DNA of 64,000 nt, from NCBI GenBank assembly GCA_027474245.1, contig CM049899.1, positions 1,148,536 to 1,212,535 of the forward strand. The letters are read 5' to 3'. The stretch comes from Spheniscus humboldti. Taxonomy: Eukaryota. This document shows, piece by piece, positions 1 through 12,999 of this stretch; within the stretch, counting starts at the first letter, position 1; every line of letters begins with the position of its first letter. A program made the translations under genes and the position numbers. Below the pieces are notes generated by a model, which saw only the letters and a list, made by a program, of their open reading frames with translations, did not search any database and was not told the origin of the DNA.

Positions 1-974
1 TATTTTCAGTGAAAAAACAGAGGAAGAAGGTAATTTTTTTAGTATGTTTTATTTTGGAGAGTTTGGTAATGTTTTTATTCATTGAAGAATGAATATAAAA
101 AGCCAGTGACTTTTTAATCTTTTTGGCAAACTTTTTACCTTGTCCATGCAGACAGGTAAGAAGACAATTGATTTTATGTGTACAACTAGGAACGGTAAAC
201 AAGGGATTTTGAGCACATTTGGAGAAACAGGGTAGAGTTCCTTCCACTAACAGCTGGCTTTGCAGCAGGCAATAGAACAAAATAATAAGTAATCAAGTGC
301 AATCGCTAAGCTGCCTTGGAGAATTTGTGTTTTCTGTTCTGCTTCCCTCTTCACCTCTCCATCTCCTTGTCTGTAAGGATTCAGCCACTAGCCTAAACAT
401 TGATGAAACCTTCATCCTTAAAATACTTCAAAGTAAAAAAAAGAGATTGCAGCAGCATTAAGTATAATCTAATAATTGTGAAGGGGAGGATTATTAAACT
501 GGAATGAAAATATCAACACACTATTTGAAAAAAAAAAATTTTTTTCTTGAGCTGACATGGTTTGAGTTCCCTGCCAGAAACACTACAAAGAAAATTAAGC
601 AGATTGGTGTGATTTGAGAACCAACCGCTAAGGAGAAGTAGGAGGCCTTCTATCTAGCCAGGAATTTGACATTTTTATTATAGATTTGATGAGTCATATA
701 GTGTGCTATTTTGGAAGTATGAAACATAAAGTTACAGGGAACATATTTAGTGAATGTCTATTTGGCATGAAGGAGCAGGTACTAAAGGAGGTTATTCAAT
801 CATTTATAGAAGCAATTCTCATCAACAATTCTGTACTACAAAGAGTGAAAAATTTATTTTTTTTAAAACAGAAACCACAAAGTGTTCTACATTCATGTAA
901 TGGAAATCATAAGAAGAAGATTGGTCAGAAGTATAAAATCATTTTACAGTACTGTACATAGGACATCTATTATT

Positions 975-1978
975 TGGTATTTGGTGACAAGTGGCGTCCC
1001 GTAGGGGTCCGTGTTGGGACTGATATTGTTTAATATCTTCATCAATGACATAGACAGTGGGATCGAGTGCACCTTCAGCAAGTTTGCAGATGACACCAAG
1101 CTGAATGGTGCGGTCGACACGCCAGAGGGATGGGATGCCATCCAGAGGGACCTGGACAAGCTCAAGAAGTGGGCCTGTGTGAACCTCATGAGGTTCAACA
1201 AGGCTAAATGCAAGGTCCTACACCTGGGTCAGGGCAGCCCCCAGTATCAATACAGGCTGGGGGATGAAGGGATTGAGAGTAGCCCAGCCGAGAAGGACTT
1301 GCGGGTACTGGTGGATGAAAAGCTGGACATGAGCCAGCAATGTGCGCTCGTAGCCCAGAAGGCCAATCGTATCCTGGGCTGCATCAAAAGCAGCGTGGCC
1401 AGCAGGTCGAGGGAGGGGATTCTGCCCCTCTACTCTACGCTGGTGAGACCCCACCTGCAGTACTGTGTCCAGCTCTGGAGCCCTCAGCATAAGGAAGACA
1501 CGGATCTGTTGGAGTGAGTCCAGAAGAGGGCCACAAAAATGATCAGGGGGATGGAACACCTCTCCTATGAAGAAAGGCTGAGGGAGTTGGAGTTGTTCAG
1601 CCTAGAGAAGAGAAGGCTTCAGGGAGACCTTCTTGCAGCCCATCAGTACTTAAAGGGGGCTTATAGAAAAGATGGCGGCAAACTTTTTAGCAGGGCCTAT
1701 TGTGACAGGACAAGGGGGAATGGCTTTAAACTAAAGGGGGGCAGATTTAGACGAGATATAAGGAAGAAATTTTTTACTCTGAGGGTGGTGAAACACTGGC
1801 ACGGGTTGCCCAGAGAGGTGGTGGATGCCCCATCCCTGGAAACATTCAAGGTCAGGTTGGACGGGGCTCTGGGCAACCTGATTTAGTTGAAGATGACCCT
1901 GCCCATGGCAGGGGGGTTGGACTAGATAACCTTTAAAGGTCCCTTCCAACCCAAACTATTCTATGATTCTATGATTAT
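975..1978 (+). mobile_element. CR1 LINE 3' portion (RT C-terminal domain through 3' UTR with ATTCTRTG tail)
   Basis: ORFs 1011..1517 and 1539..1886 carry CR1 ORF2 motifs ([40 protein letters not shown]). The 3' end is 'ggttggactagataacc...ttctatgattctatgatt'. Confidence 0.9.
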
Positions 1979-4900
1979 AACTAACATACGGAACCATGTG
2001 AAACTGCATAGTTAAGACTCTTCTAATTTCAGCTTGGAAGGCAACTGAATAGGACAAAATATGAATTGTCTTTGTGGTTGTCCTTATGGTTTCATAAACA
2101 AGAGACAGATGGCAGAAAATACAAGAAATGAACTTCTTGTGTGTGTCAGGAATACTGCGCTTTCACAAGAAAAACAGCTGAGTGAGGAGGCCAGCTGGTT
2201 CTCGTAGGAGAGCACTGATCTTCTCAGTGAGAAGTAAGCAGAAGCATCCTAGAGAATATGAAATAAACTAATCCTGTATAAATGCAAGCTCACAAAATTG
2301 TGAAGACAGTTTTTCATGTACTTTGTTATCAAGGTTAAATGTTTAAAAATATAAATAAATAGAAATTTTCAGTGGTAAGAAACACTTTATATAGCTGTCA
2401 TTATCAAAGATAATGATTGGGGTGATTCACGTGACCAGAATATTATAAACTGCTTTAGCTCATTCAGGCATTTAGAATACCTAAGTTTGTTTGCATGAGA
2501 AAGAGACCTTCTCTATTAAAGAAATCATTTAAAGCTGCTGAAAACTCAGAAGTGCTAGATCATAAATGCATCCAGATCAGTGTGCTAATCAGCATGGCTC
2601 AGGGTCTCTTGTATACTGGTCAAATCAAACTAGAGAACAAGATAAGCTATCCTTTTCAAGCATCTATTTATTATATATAGGGACTTCTATTTACAGATGT
2701 ATGCTGGAGAATGCCTGCAATAAGTATTGTAAGAGGGCTGGGTTTCAAGGATTGTGATACTTCAAAGCTAAGAAGAGCTTTGTGAGAAAAATTAAGAGAG
2801 GAAAAAATGACATCAGAATGTGAATGAAAATTGAGAATGTTTGGGAAGTCACAACATCACAGTCCAGGATGAATGCTTTAGATAAACTAGAGTAGAAATA
2901 CTTCCTTCTTGCATCATATTTGGCACTAGTAGATGCCAAATCTCTTTGTACAGAGGTGAAGTCTTTCTTCTGAAGTACTAAATTCAGATTCAAGACCTGT
3001 GTTCTTGAGTGGGCATTCCTCTTCTCAGTGATCTTGGTTAAGCCTGCCTATTCCTTCTCTATATAGCTCAATCTACTGAACAACACAAGCGGTGAAACGA
3101 AGGCAACAAATATTTATTAAAGGAAAGAGGAGATAAGAAAATAAGTCAGTAAAAATTAGAAGTTTGAAATGGTACAAAGTTGACAATCAGAGCTGAAGAT
3201 AACAGGAAAGAAATCCCTGACTCTTAACACAAATCCGTAAAATAATGGGGGGGCAGGGTGTGTGTGTTTGTTGTTTTGGGTTTTTTAACTGTATTGGGAA
3301 CATAATAAATTCTAGTAGGTCAAATGCCAGATGCCAGACGGAGATGATGAACCTTTGAATAACAATGTAGAAAAGGCACAGCTATTCACTAACAAGAAAT
3401 CTTGTTTTATAATTGGAAAGCTGTGAAATTATGTAGCTAAGTCTAATAATGTGGTTGACAAATGAAGCACTTTCTAGTCCATTAGTAATGGCAGATAGCA
3501 GACAGAATCTGCTAGGGATTCAACTTTTTAAATCAGTAGGTCTAGATAACTGTGGGGTCTTCGGAACTGTGCTTTCAGGGATGACATTTCTTAAACAGGA
3601 ATGGAACTTTTGTTCTTCTCGGTTTGGAGAAGGACAGAAATCAAATGAGATTTCTCAAAGTGATCTTAAATACTGAGTGAACCCTGAACACCACACACTT
3701 TCCCAAAAAGAATTGGCTGAAAATATATTTGTATTTTTAAATTTTTAATATATCTGCTGAAATAGATATACTGAGGTAGTTCCACAAAGCTGTTGTGCCT
3801 TTTTTCAGGAAAAGCAAGCAAGATGACCTCCTCCTGTAAACTGGTTAATCTGACAGGCTTCTAGTAAAACACCAGAAATTAACAATATGGGGGGGCACGG
3901 AAATCCCAGCCCAAACTGATAAAGAACCAAGAATGTAAAATATGCTATTTGTAAAGTCTGTCTTGTGGTGGAAACTTAGTTTCAGTATTTGAGAGTACAA
4001 GTTTGATGGATAAAGGTAGCTGAGTATACAGAGTACAATTCCCTTCAACATTGTGATAGGAAAATAGCACTATTCCTATCCCTAAAGCACATGTGAAAAT
4101 AATTAAGAGCCAGCTAGTTGAAAGATCTCAACAGTAGTTGTCACTGGAGGTGTTTTCCAGCAGAATCTTCAAGCAGTAAATAATAGATCTAACATTATTT
4201 AGTATTCCTTCAGCAGCCAAAAGTAAATATAAAATCACTTTAAAATCACTTGTAAAACTTGGTGGAGAGCTAAGTTATCAAGGTCAAGGAACCATTTAAA
4301 CTGACAGGTAAATTGCCCCTATTGAATGAGAAAATATATTTTAATGCAAAATTTTATACATAGTAACAAATAATACAGGTAGTGCCTCCATGAAGGGGTA
4401 GGAGCAGAAAGAAGAGGCTACATCCAGGAGACATTTAATATGAAAAAGATTGAGGATAAATAATTCAGCATGATCTCTCTATGTGATGTTGTGGCAAATG
4501 AGGGAGTAATGTGATCTGTGGCTGTAGAGTCAGGGAAGCACTCAGAAAACAAAAGGATTGTCTCCCTTTTCTAACCTTGTGAAAGGCAGTGATTTTACCA
4601 ATATTAGAGTACTGCCTCTGTTCTGGGGGACACAGAGGCTTTTTTTTCCACAAATTTCTTTGTTACAGATTACTAGAAATTACTATTAGAAAGGCAAGCA
4701 TATTTACGACTAGTAAAGCAACTGTACATTGCAAGTTACTGCAAAATTACTACCAAAAAAGCAAGTGTATATCTATATATACGCACACTTATGATTAATG
4801 ACTTACTCGTTAGTGCTGTTTCTTCATTCTGCAGGTTAGAGCATTTCTTTGCTTCGTGCTATTCAAGGGCATCCTGGGCTCTCACCTGCACTTGCCAAGG

Positions 4901-7900
4901 ATGCTCCAGATTCCCAGGCTGGGAGTTCGCGGGCTGGCAGACATTTTCCCCATTACAGCCAGGTCACCTTTTGGCTGCTCTGACATATTGCAAGAGGACA
5001 CCCTTCTCCCAGAGCAAAAGGAGCAAGCACAGAGTGCACACTTGGACAGAGTGAGTCCTGAAGCACTCCTGAGCAGAGGAGCGGCCAGCTCAGCTGGCAT
5101 GGGCCCAGAGAAGCAGACGTGCTCATGTTGGAAATGCAACGACATAGTCAGGAGAGGTGTGAGGATCCGCAGTTTCTCTGCTTGGTGTGAGGAATTTCCC
5201 TCATCTCTGGACTCTGCAACAGTGACAAAGAGACAGGAGGTGGTGCCGTCATTGCTCATAACAGCAGCCATCCTCTCCACTGCTCAGAGAAGACGTTGCC
5301 TCTCTCCAACACTGGAACAAAGGTCTCTGATGAGTAGAAGTGGCACAGCAAAGACTACTGAATGAGTTATAGCACTGCCCATCTCGAACAAAGCAGCTGT
5401 GCAGCCCCCAGCCCTGGGGCTGCATTGATTTGAGGCATTGCAGGGCCATTGTCTGGGTTTATTTCATGGCCAAAACCTGATGGTGTTGGTGGTGACAGTA
5501 GCAGAAAAATGAGACTATAGACCTGCAGAGGCAGAACTAAGAGCATTAGGGACAAGGGGACGTGGGTGGGGATCAAAGGGATGGTCCAAATTCCAGGCGG
5601 GAGACACTAACCACACTTGAGCCCTCTGTCTTCAAAAGAGATGCCTGAAGCCAGCACAGAGGTGACGGAAGTGTCTAAAGTGGTGCACAGTGTCTGAAGG
5701 CATGGTGAGCAATCACCAGCTCTTATGCCATCAAGACTCAGAGGCGTCAAAGACATTGCTGAACTCCCTGCCCTAGCATCACAGGCAGGCCCAAGAAGGA
5801 ATGGCTTCAGAGAGCACTGAGATCACCCTGTGCCTTCAACGCAGAAAGACACTAAACCACAGTGATCTGAAAGGCTAGACTGATCCTTGCTGTGACCAAA
5901 GACAGCTCTTCTTCACTTCTCCTGTGTGGCCACAGCTGCTGAAGGTGAGGCAAGGTCTCTAACGACCACGGGCATTGCTGTTGATCGCGTCCAGCCCACA
6001 TAGCTTGCTTGGTCATGGCAGACCAGCAAAAATTAGTTCTATCATCCTTTCATTTTGCATTTGGAACTATGTCCTCTAATAATTGCCTTTGGAAACACAG
6101 ACCCCTGAGGAAAGGAAAAGCTTACCCTCAACAGAGCTTTTCTGAGGTTCCCAGTCCTATCTACAGGTAGGAAAAACCTCTTGCAAAATCTCATCTTCAC
6201 TTCTTTCCTTCATACAGCAAGAATTCCCCAGACTTGAAAACAAAGCCTGCAGCCTTTGCTGTGGCAGGAGTGGGACCTCCTGTTCCTATGGTGGTGGCAG
6301 GAAGAGAAAGAGCCCAGGGTGTCTGGGCAGAACCCTTCAGTAGTCTCCAGTGAATGCAGATGGCCCAGGATGACTGGTTGTAGTTCAGCAGTTCAACTTG
6401 TCTGTTACCTGGAAGAAAGCAAAGGTCCCCAAGCACTCAAACAGTGTAAAAGCAAGTCTTTGCAGCTTTCAGGCCATCAGACAGGACAGTGCTACAGAGC
6501 TGTCTTGCTCACACCCCTGCAGCTCCTCTCAATGCTGACATAGTTCCTCTGTGGAAGATGCTGAGAGCATGCTGCAAAGGGAGAAACCTTCTAGGAGTTT
6601 GGTTACAAATGTATCTTTATGGGCACATTAGCAGGGGATCCGTCCCCCATCATGTAATGATTATATACAAGTAATCAAGTAGTCTCGGGAATGCTCACGG
6701 ATGGGCCAGATCCTGCCAACTATGAAACTGTTAAGGGATGTCAGCAGTGGCTGCCTCCTCCAGCAGCCCCAGGGCAGGACCCTCTTGCCTGTCTACTGTA
6801 GCCCAGCTGGCCCAAGGCCCAGGGACCTGGGGTGTCTGCCTCAGCTGAGGGACAGGGCTGCTGCTTTCCCTTTTGCAGGTGCAACCAGCAGTGAAGCTGC
6901 ACACGTGTCCCAGAGACACACAGACACACAGCCGGTCACACAGTCTGCCACAGCCAAGACACTGCCACCAGCAGCACGTACACAGGGCCTCCATCACACA
7001 CCAGCACCCACAGCCATGTCCCCTCCTCCTCTGGGGCTGGCACAGACAGATGGTCACTCCTGCAGGCACACACACATGCTCATGGGTCCCCTGAGCACCG
7101 GCACGGCCCCTCTGCCACCTGGGACCCCTGCCCGGGCCCCAGCCCTCTGACCCACCCCACAGGTCCCTGACTCTCCATTTGGTCCAACTCAGTGCTCACT
7201 GCAAACACGCAGCACTCACACACCTGTCCCATGGGCACCCCACATTGGCAGGTCCCCCTGAGTGCCTGCACAGACCCCTGCCCACCTGATACCCCAGCCC
7301 AGACCTGAGGGCCCCCTGCTCCCAGCTGGTCCAGCCTGAAATTTGCTGGTGAATACCCCCACACACCCGGTTTGGGGGCGACACAGACCCTCACCCCCCC
7401 CAGCAGCCAGCACCAGGCACATGGGCTGTGACCCACAGTCCCACTCCAGCCACCATGGTGGAGACCCTTACTCACCCTGTGAAGGGGAAACCCAAATGGC
7501 AACTGCCCAGCAATGGCACCTGGTGACCAAGGAGTAATCTGACAGGGAGGGCAGGAAGGGGTTAAGCTGGCAGGGAGTAGGAGCCGACAGAGTGACTCCA
7601 GGCCCCTGAGCTGGCTGGAGCAGTTTCCCTGGCTGGTGAGATGGGACGTGCCGCAGGATGGACTCCTGAGCGTCCTGCAATGGGGTGCACAGGGGCCACC
7701 CTGGCAGCAGAGCTGGGCTGGGGATGGACCCACGGCTGGGCTGAGGTGCCCCAGGCCAGCACTCACAGGACAGGTGCTGGCCCCAGTGTGGGGAAGGGAC
7801 CGGCTCCTGCCCCATCTGTGAGAAGTCGCAGAAGCCCTTGCAGCAGTAGGACTCTGCCCTGCACGTGGCCCATCACATCTCTCTGTTTAAGCACAAACAT

Positions 7901-8689
7901 GTGTTCAATTCACCTCAAGGGGTACAAGAAAAACTCCCCAACACCAGTCCCCTTGGTAGCTGGTTTTGGGGACACACAGTTCCTGCCCCACTGGCTGGAG
8001 GCCCAGACCTCCACTGATCCTGGTCTGACTCCTGTTGCTGGCCCCAAATCCATTCATGCCGCTCTTGGCAACAGCTGGCACTTAATCGTTGCAACACACA
8101 CCTACCCACACTCATGCAGACACACACCCTGAACACCTCCTACATCCCTGACCCTCTGGTTTTGCATCCTTATTGATGGCTGCCAAGTCCAGCTTTGCCT
8201 GCAGTCCCTTGACAGTCCCCTGTCAGTGCCACTGCCGAAGTGTGGTTTCCAAGTGTGGTCTCCTTACTGCCTCCCTTAGCACTTGTTGGTCAGGTCAGTG
8301 TCTCTGCACCTTCTTGTTTATGACTTCCTCCTTTTCTTATTATCTTCTGCATCAAAAAAGGCCCCTGGTCAGACACCCTTAAATGAACAGACAGTCTCTC
8401 CTTCCACGTGCCCCTACACACACACAACCAAGGAGGACAAAGAGGAGAGTGACACGAGGGTCTCTGCAGAGACCCTGAGCAGGGGAGACCCCTACCCCTG
8501 TGGTGCAGGACAGGAGGTACAGCTAGAGGCCACCCCAGAGGAGCACTGGGCCCAAGACAAGCCCTGCTACAGCAGGAGAAGATGGAAATTGGTGGCTTCT
8601 GGCACAGAAGGAAGGCTCCTTCTACTCCTGAAGAGCTGCAGGTACATGGAAAGTGCAGCCTCTGGAGAGAGGTGAGGAGGAGCCAGGCC

Positions 8690-8960
8690 ATCCAGGGGGG
8701 GACATCAGAGCCAGCTGAGCATGAACAGCCCATGGAACAGGACAGGCTGGGGGTGACTGTGCTGCAGAAACAGCTTTGCAGAAAAGGACCTGGGGGTCCT
8801 TGTGAACAAGAGGCTGAACTGGATTCATCAGTATGTCCTTGCAGCCAAGAAGGGGAAGAGCATCTTGGGCTGCATGACCAGGAGTGCAGGCAGCAGGGCC
8901 AGGGAAGGGTATCTTCAGCCTTTCTGAGACCACATCTGGACACTGTCCCTGGTGATGGTC
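8690..8960 (+). mobile_element. CR1 LINE internal fragment
   Basis: The translation contains EKDLGVLVNKRLN...AAKKGKSILGCM, which resembles the CR1 RT region 'EKDLGVLVD..LNMSQQCA..KKAN.ILGCI'. Confidence 0.55.
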
Positions 8961-9744
8961 TCTGGAGTGACTGCAGTAAAAGGACTAGGGAGCTGCAGTA
9001 CAGGACACAGGAGAAGAGGCTGTGCTCTTAGCCCTGGGAAGGCAGGGGGATGAGGGCTGGGGCAGGCCAGAAGGAGACAGACTGCTCTGCAGGGAGACTG
9101 TGCAAGACTACTGCAAAAGCCCTGGGTTGAACCAGGGATCTTCAGACCTTCTGACTAATGCCCTCCCAGCTGAGCTGCTTTGGCCTCGCTCTGCAAGTTG
9201 TTCTCCAGGGGCAGTCACAGCAAGTCACAGGCTGGCACACAGGAGGTGCGCTCCTCAGGGAGGTTTCTGGGGGAAAAGCTGTCCCCAGCCCAGGTAGAGA
9301 GGAGGTGGCCTCTCCCTGCATGCCCCTAACATGCTGGCCATGCCACGAGCCCACCTCACCATCCCACCTCAGCCTGCTCCTGGGAGGCTTCACACAGCCT
9401 TCCAAGGCTGCTGGAGCTGTCTCCCACTCAGAGGCTGCCTGGCAGTGGGAGGATTCAGCATCCCCAGAGCCTCAGCAGTGCTGGGAGCAGGGGCAGGAGC
9501 TGGAACATTGGGATGACATGGCAGGAGGAGCTGGGACATCGGGGCAAGCAGTGCAGAGTTCCCAGCTTGAGCTCAGCCCACTGGCTCACAGTCACTCTGG
9601 CTGGCCGGAGCAGCAGGTTAGATCCGAAGCTGAAAGGGTTAAACAGTGAGGTTTGCCCGGCTGCGCCTAAGGGTGAGTCATGCAGGAGCAATTGGCAGTA
9701 AAGAAGAATAAAGGGGCTTGATCATGGTGAGGTAGAGAGATGAG

Positions 9745-9776
9745 AAGGCAGGCAGGCAGGTAAGCAAGCAAGCAAG

Positions 9777-9808
<32 letters not shown>

Positions 9809-9815
9809 CAAGCAC
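9745..9815. repeat. (CAGG)n / (GCAA)n compound microsatellite
   Basis: The sequence gcaggcaggcaggtaagcaagcaagcaagcaggcaggcaggcaggcaggcaggcaggcaagc is read directly. Confidence 0.9.
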
Positions 9816-12800
9816 CCATGTACACACACAGAGGCAAGCTCACGCAAGCAAGCCAGCCAGCAGACAGGCAAGCAGGCAAGAAAAGCAAAGTAAGCCAGCG
9901 AACCGGCATCAGGGACCCAGACCCCACTCACTCCCAGACTGAAGGTATAATTGGCTCTTTGCTCACGCCAGAAAGCTGCTCTCTGTCCTCAGCCAGTCAT
10001 CCACACTGGAAGTCCCCCCAGGCTGTAACTGGGAAATCTTCCAGATGCCCGGGGGGGGGGAGAACACCCCTTTCTGGAGGGGCTCCTGGGGAGGTGGACC
10101 TGTTGGGTGAAAGCAAGAGTTGCCAAATTTACAACTGACTGGAGACAGGATTCCTTGTCTGTAGTAGGAATCCAGTTTCACCAGCAAGTGTTTTTGAGGG
10201 ACCCTATAACAAAATGCATGTTCTTGTACATTCATGCTCCTGAATTTTATTTCTGTCAAATAAGGCTCTGAATTTATGAATATCGTGACCTGTGTGTGCA
10301 TCTTGTTGGGAACTTAGCCTGTGCGTTCACTGCCTTTGGCCGTAGCGAGCCCAAGTGTGAGGGCACCATTTGAACTGATTTCCCCAAACCACTTTCCTTT
10401 TTGCACTTTTTACTGCTTTCTTGACAGAGTAGGGTTTTTTTCTTTTTTCTTTTTTTCTTTTGTGTTGGTCTGAGCTTATCCAGGGTTGGCCAGATTGCTG
10501 GGTATGTGTCTCAAAAAATGTGTATGTGCCAGAAAAAATGACAATTATAGGTCTGTGGGTTTTGAGTATTTGCCTTAACCCTTCACCCTCTGGTGTCTTT
10601 GAGACCCGCCCCACACTGCACTGGGTGGCATCTGGCAATGGGCTATCCCAGGTCTGGGTCACTGATTGCTTTTTAGCGCCTGGACTGATTGCAGTAGTAG
10701 TCCATAGTGTGGACTCCCCTGCCCCCATACTGTACAGGAATCGCACTAGGTGCGGTGTGTTGGACTGAAGGCAACCCTCTCTCCTCAATGCAGACACCAT
10801 TTGACAAATTAACCAATTTTATTCTGCTGCCCCAAACCTGGGAGACAAGCCCTGCAGCAAACGTGGAAGGCTTGTGAGGGAGGGTGGTCACTGCAAGGAC
10901 CAGAAATGCATCTGACCATCTGGCTCTCTTGGGGCTCAGAAGCAACTGAACTCAGAAAGAAAGGAAATCTGGAATTAGTTCTTACAAAAACCACACTTAA
11001 AACTCCTTTTAAGTCGGCCTGTTGGAGCAATAAAATTCTTGATAGCGTGTGTTTGTGTAAAGGCAGTGTAGGAAGTGCACAAGACAAAACAGACCAGCTG
11101 CTCTCGCTAACAGGATGTTACTAAATGCCATAAGGGGGTGATTAGACAAGGGAAAAGACTCTGGAGGACTGGCTGCTTTAAAGGAGCAGATCCCATCTCT
11201 GCAGGCTGTGAGGCTTATGTCAGTGACTGCAAATGGGCAAAATTGAAAGGCAGTAAAAAGGCAGCTTGTGCCATTTGGACCCTGTGCTATGCCTTACAGG
11301 AGTCACAGGGTCTGCTAACAAAAAAAGATGGGGAGGTAAAGAAGTGGCAAGAAGAAATCCAGAGACTAGAGGAGGAGGAAATTCCCAAAGTAGCAGAACA
11401 AAACATCTTAATCATAAGAGAGGAAGATCTTAGGGCCCACAGGCAGAGCCTCAATTTACAAGTTAACAAATTACACAACTAGTGTAGTGGAAAAGTACAA
11501 GATTTAGAAATAGGAGATTTTAGAAAGAGCTAGAGACAGCTAGCACAGCAGCCTAGCTTCTGGCAGAGCAACAGAAAGCCAGTAAGATAAGTCAGGATCA
11601 AGGGAATGCAATCACTGCAGATATAAGAGAAAAACTTCACTTGCACAAAGGGTTAATAGCTGCTGTGGAGGCAGAATGGTGTTTTCCTAACCCTGATCCT
11701 TCTTGCACAAGAATTTGTTCTGAAACTTGCAAAGATATACTGCCAAAAGTTCCCTTCTGTCTTTAACTGGAAGGACTCCACCCCATTAACCCAAAGTAAC
11801 CTGAAAGGTTGAAAGGACAGGGAATAGAGGAGCGACTGTTCAAGAACAATAAGGACAACTTTCAGTGCAAGCCCCATGAGGCTGAGGCCATCACAGACCA
11901 GTTAGGTCCCTTAAATAGAAGTGCTGTAATGGACCGGTGCACTTGAGCATGAAGCACACATCCATGCTTCAACAGAATACACTTAACCCAGCTGGCTCAC
12001 ACAAGTCCCTCTGATACAGATGTGCATATGTTTGGGGAAGATTTAAGAATTTTAGCCAATCCAGACATGAACTTTCACAGGTGATTTCAAGAGGTTTAGC
12101 CCTGTCTTCTCCTGGGGAAGAGTCTTAATGCTCTGTTTAAGAAACTCAGAGGCCAAATGAAAATCCTGAACCTTATATAGCCAGAGAGAAGCTTTCAGGT
12201 ATCCTCTCTGGTAAAGTTCCTCTCTGTGCTGGGACCCCTAATTATGATAGAAATGAATTTATGGCTTCTGTCCACAGAGGACTGAGTTCCTCGATGAAAT
12301 TAATCTGAGGACGTTTTGTCCTCACACAGAGCACGTGAGAGGAATTTTCCACCGGTTTGCACAGAGTGGCTGCACTGCTGCAGGACACTGGGACCAGCAG
12401 GAGACCCAATCAGTTGCAAGGCAGAAACTCCTCTGAACCTGTTCAAACTGTAATTTGTTCTGATCATGGCCCTCACTCCACTTCAGTACCAGGGTAGAAA
12501 ACCTCACAAACCCCAAATTTCAATATTCCTTCAAGGACCAAGTCTGACGTCTAGTCAGAGACCATTCCTTCATCAAAACCACTTTGTCAAAGAAAACCAA
12601 GGCCATGCAAAGGTGCAACTCAACTCCTCCTCTACTCAGAATCCCTGTCCAAAGTCTCATACATTCACACAAGATCCATCCAGAAACCAGCTCTGGAAGG
12701 AACTGAGTGATCTTGAAGAAGATATGACAATCTATCCTAACCAGTTTGACACCCAGGGTCTCTACTCTTCTGCTATCCTTCCGTGCTCCCCTGAACTTCA

Positions 12801-12999
12801 CTATTTCATGTTGCCTGCAGTCAAGGCAGTCACTGAATGTCCTTGCCCCAACTCTCCTGGTTATGAGATTCTCCTTCTTGCCATTTGGATCCACATTTTT
12901 GCCTTCACACCCCCAAAACCCCAGCACCAACGCCACCCATGAGAGTAGAGGGTCACCTCCCATCATACAGCCAGGACCAGCCCCAAGAAGTGAGGCCCA

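Noticed and set aside
4856-5365. 169-aa + strand ORF and an overlapping 132-aa minus-strand ORF, as candidate exons
   Set aside because: There is no recognisable homology, the frames overlap on opposite strands, and no splice-site-bounded structure is visible. This is probably non-coding.
11138-11482. 114-aa ORF with a coiled-coil-like stretch (KKWQEEIQRLEEEEIPKVAEQNIL...), considered as a retroviral env TM or gag remnant
   Set aside because: No diagnostic retroviral motif (CX6CC, immunosuppressive domain, MHR) could be read, and no LTR or PBS is nearby. It is left unassigned.
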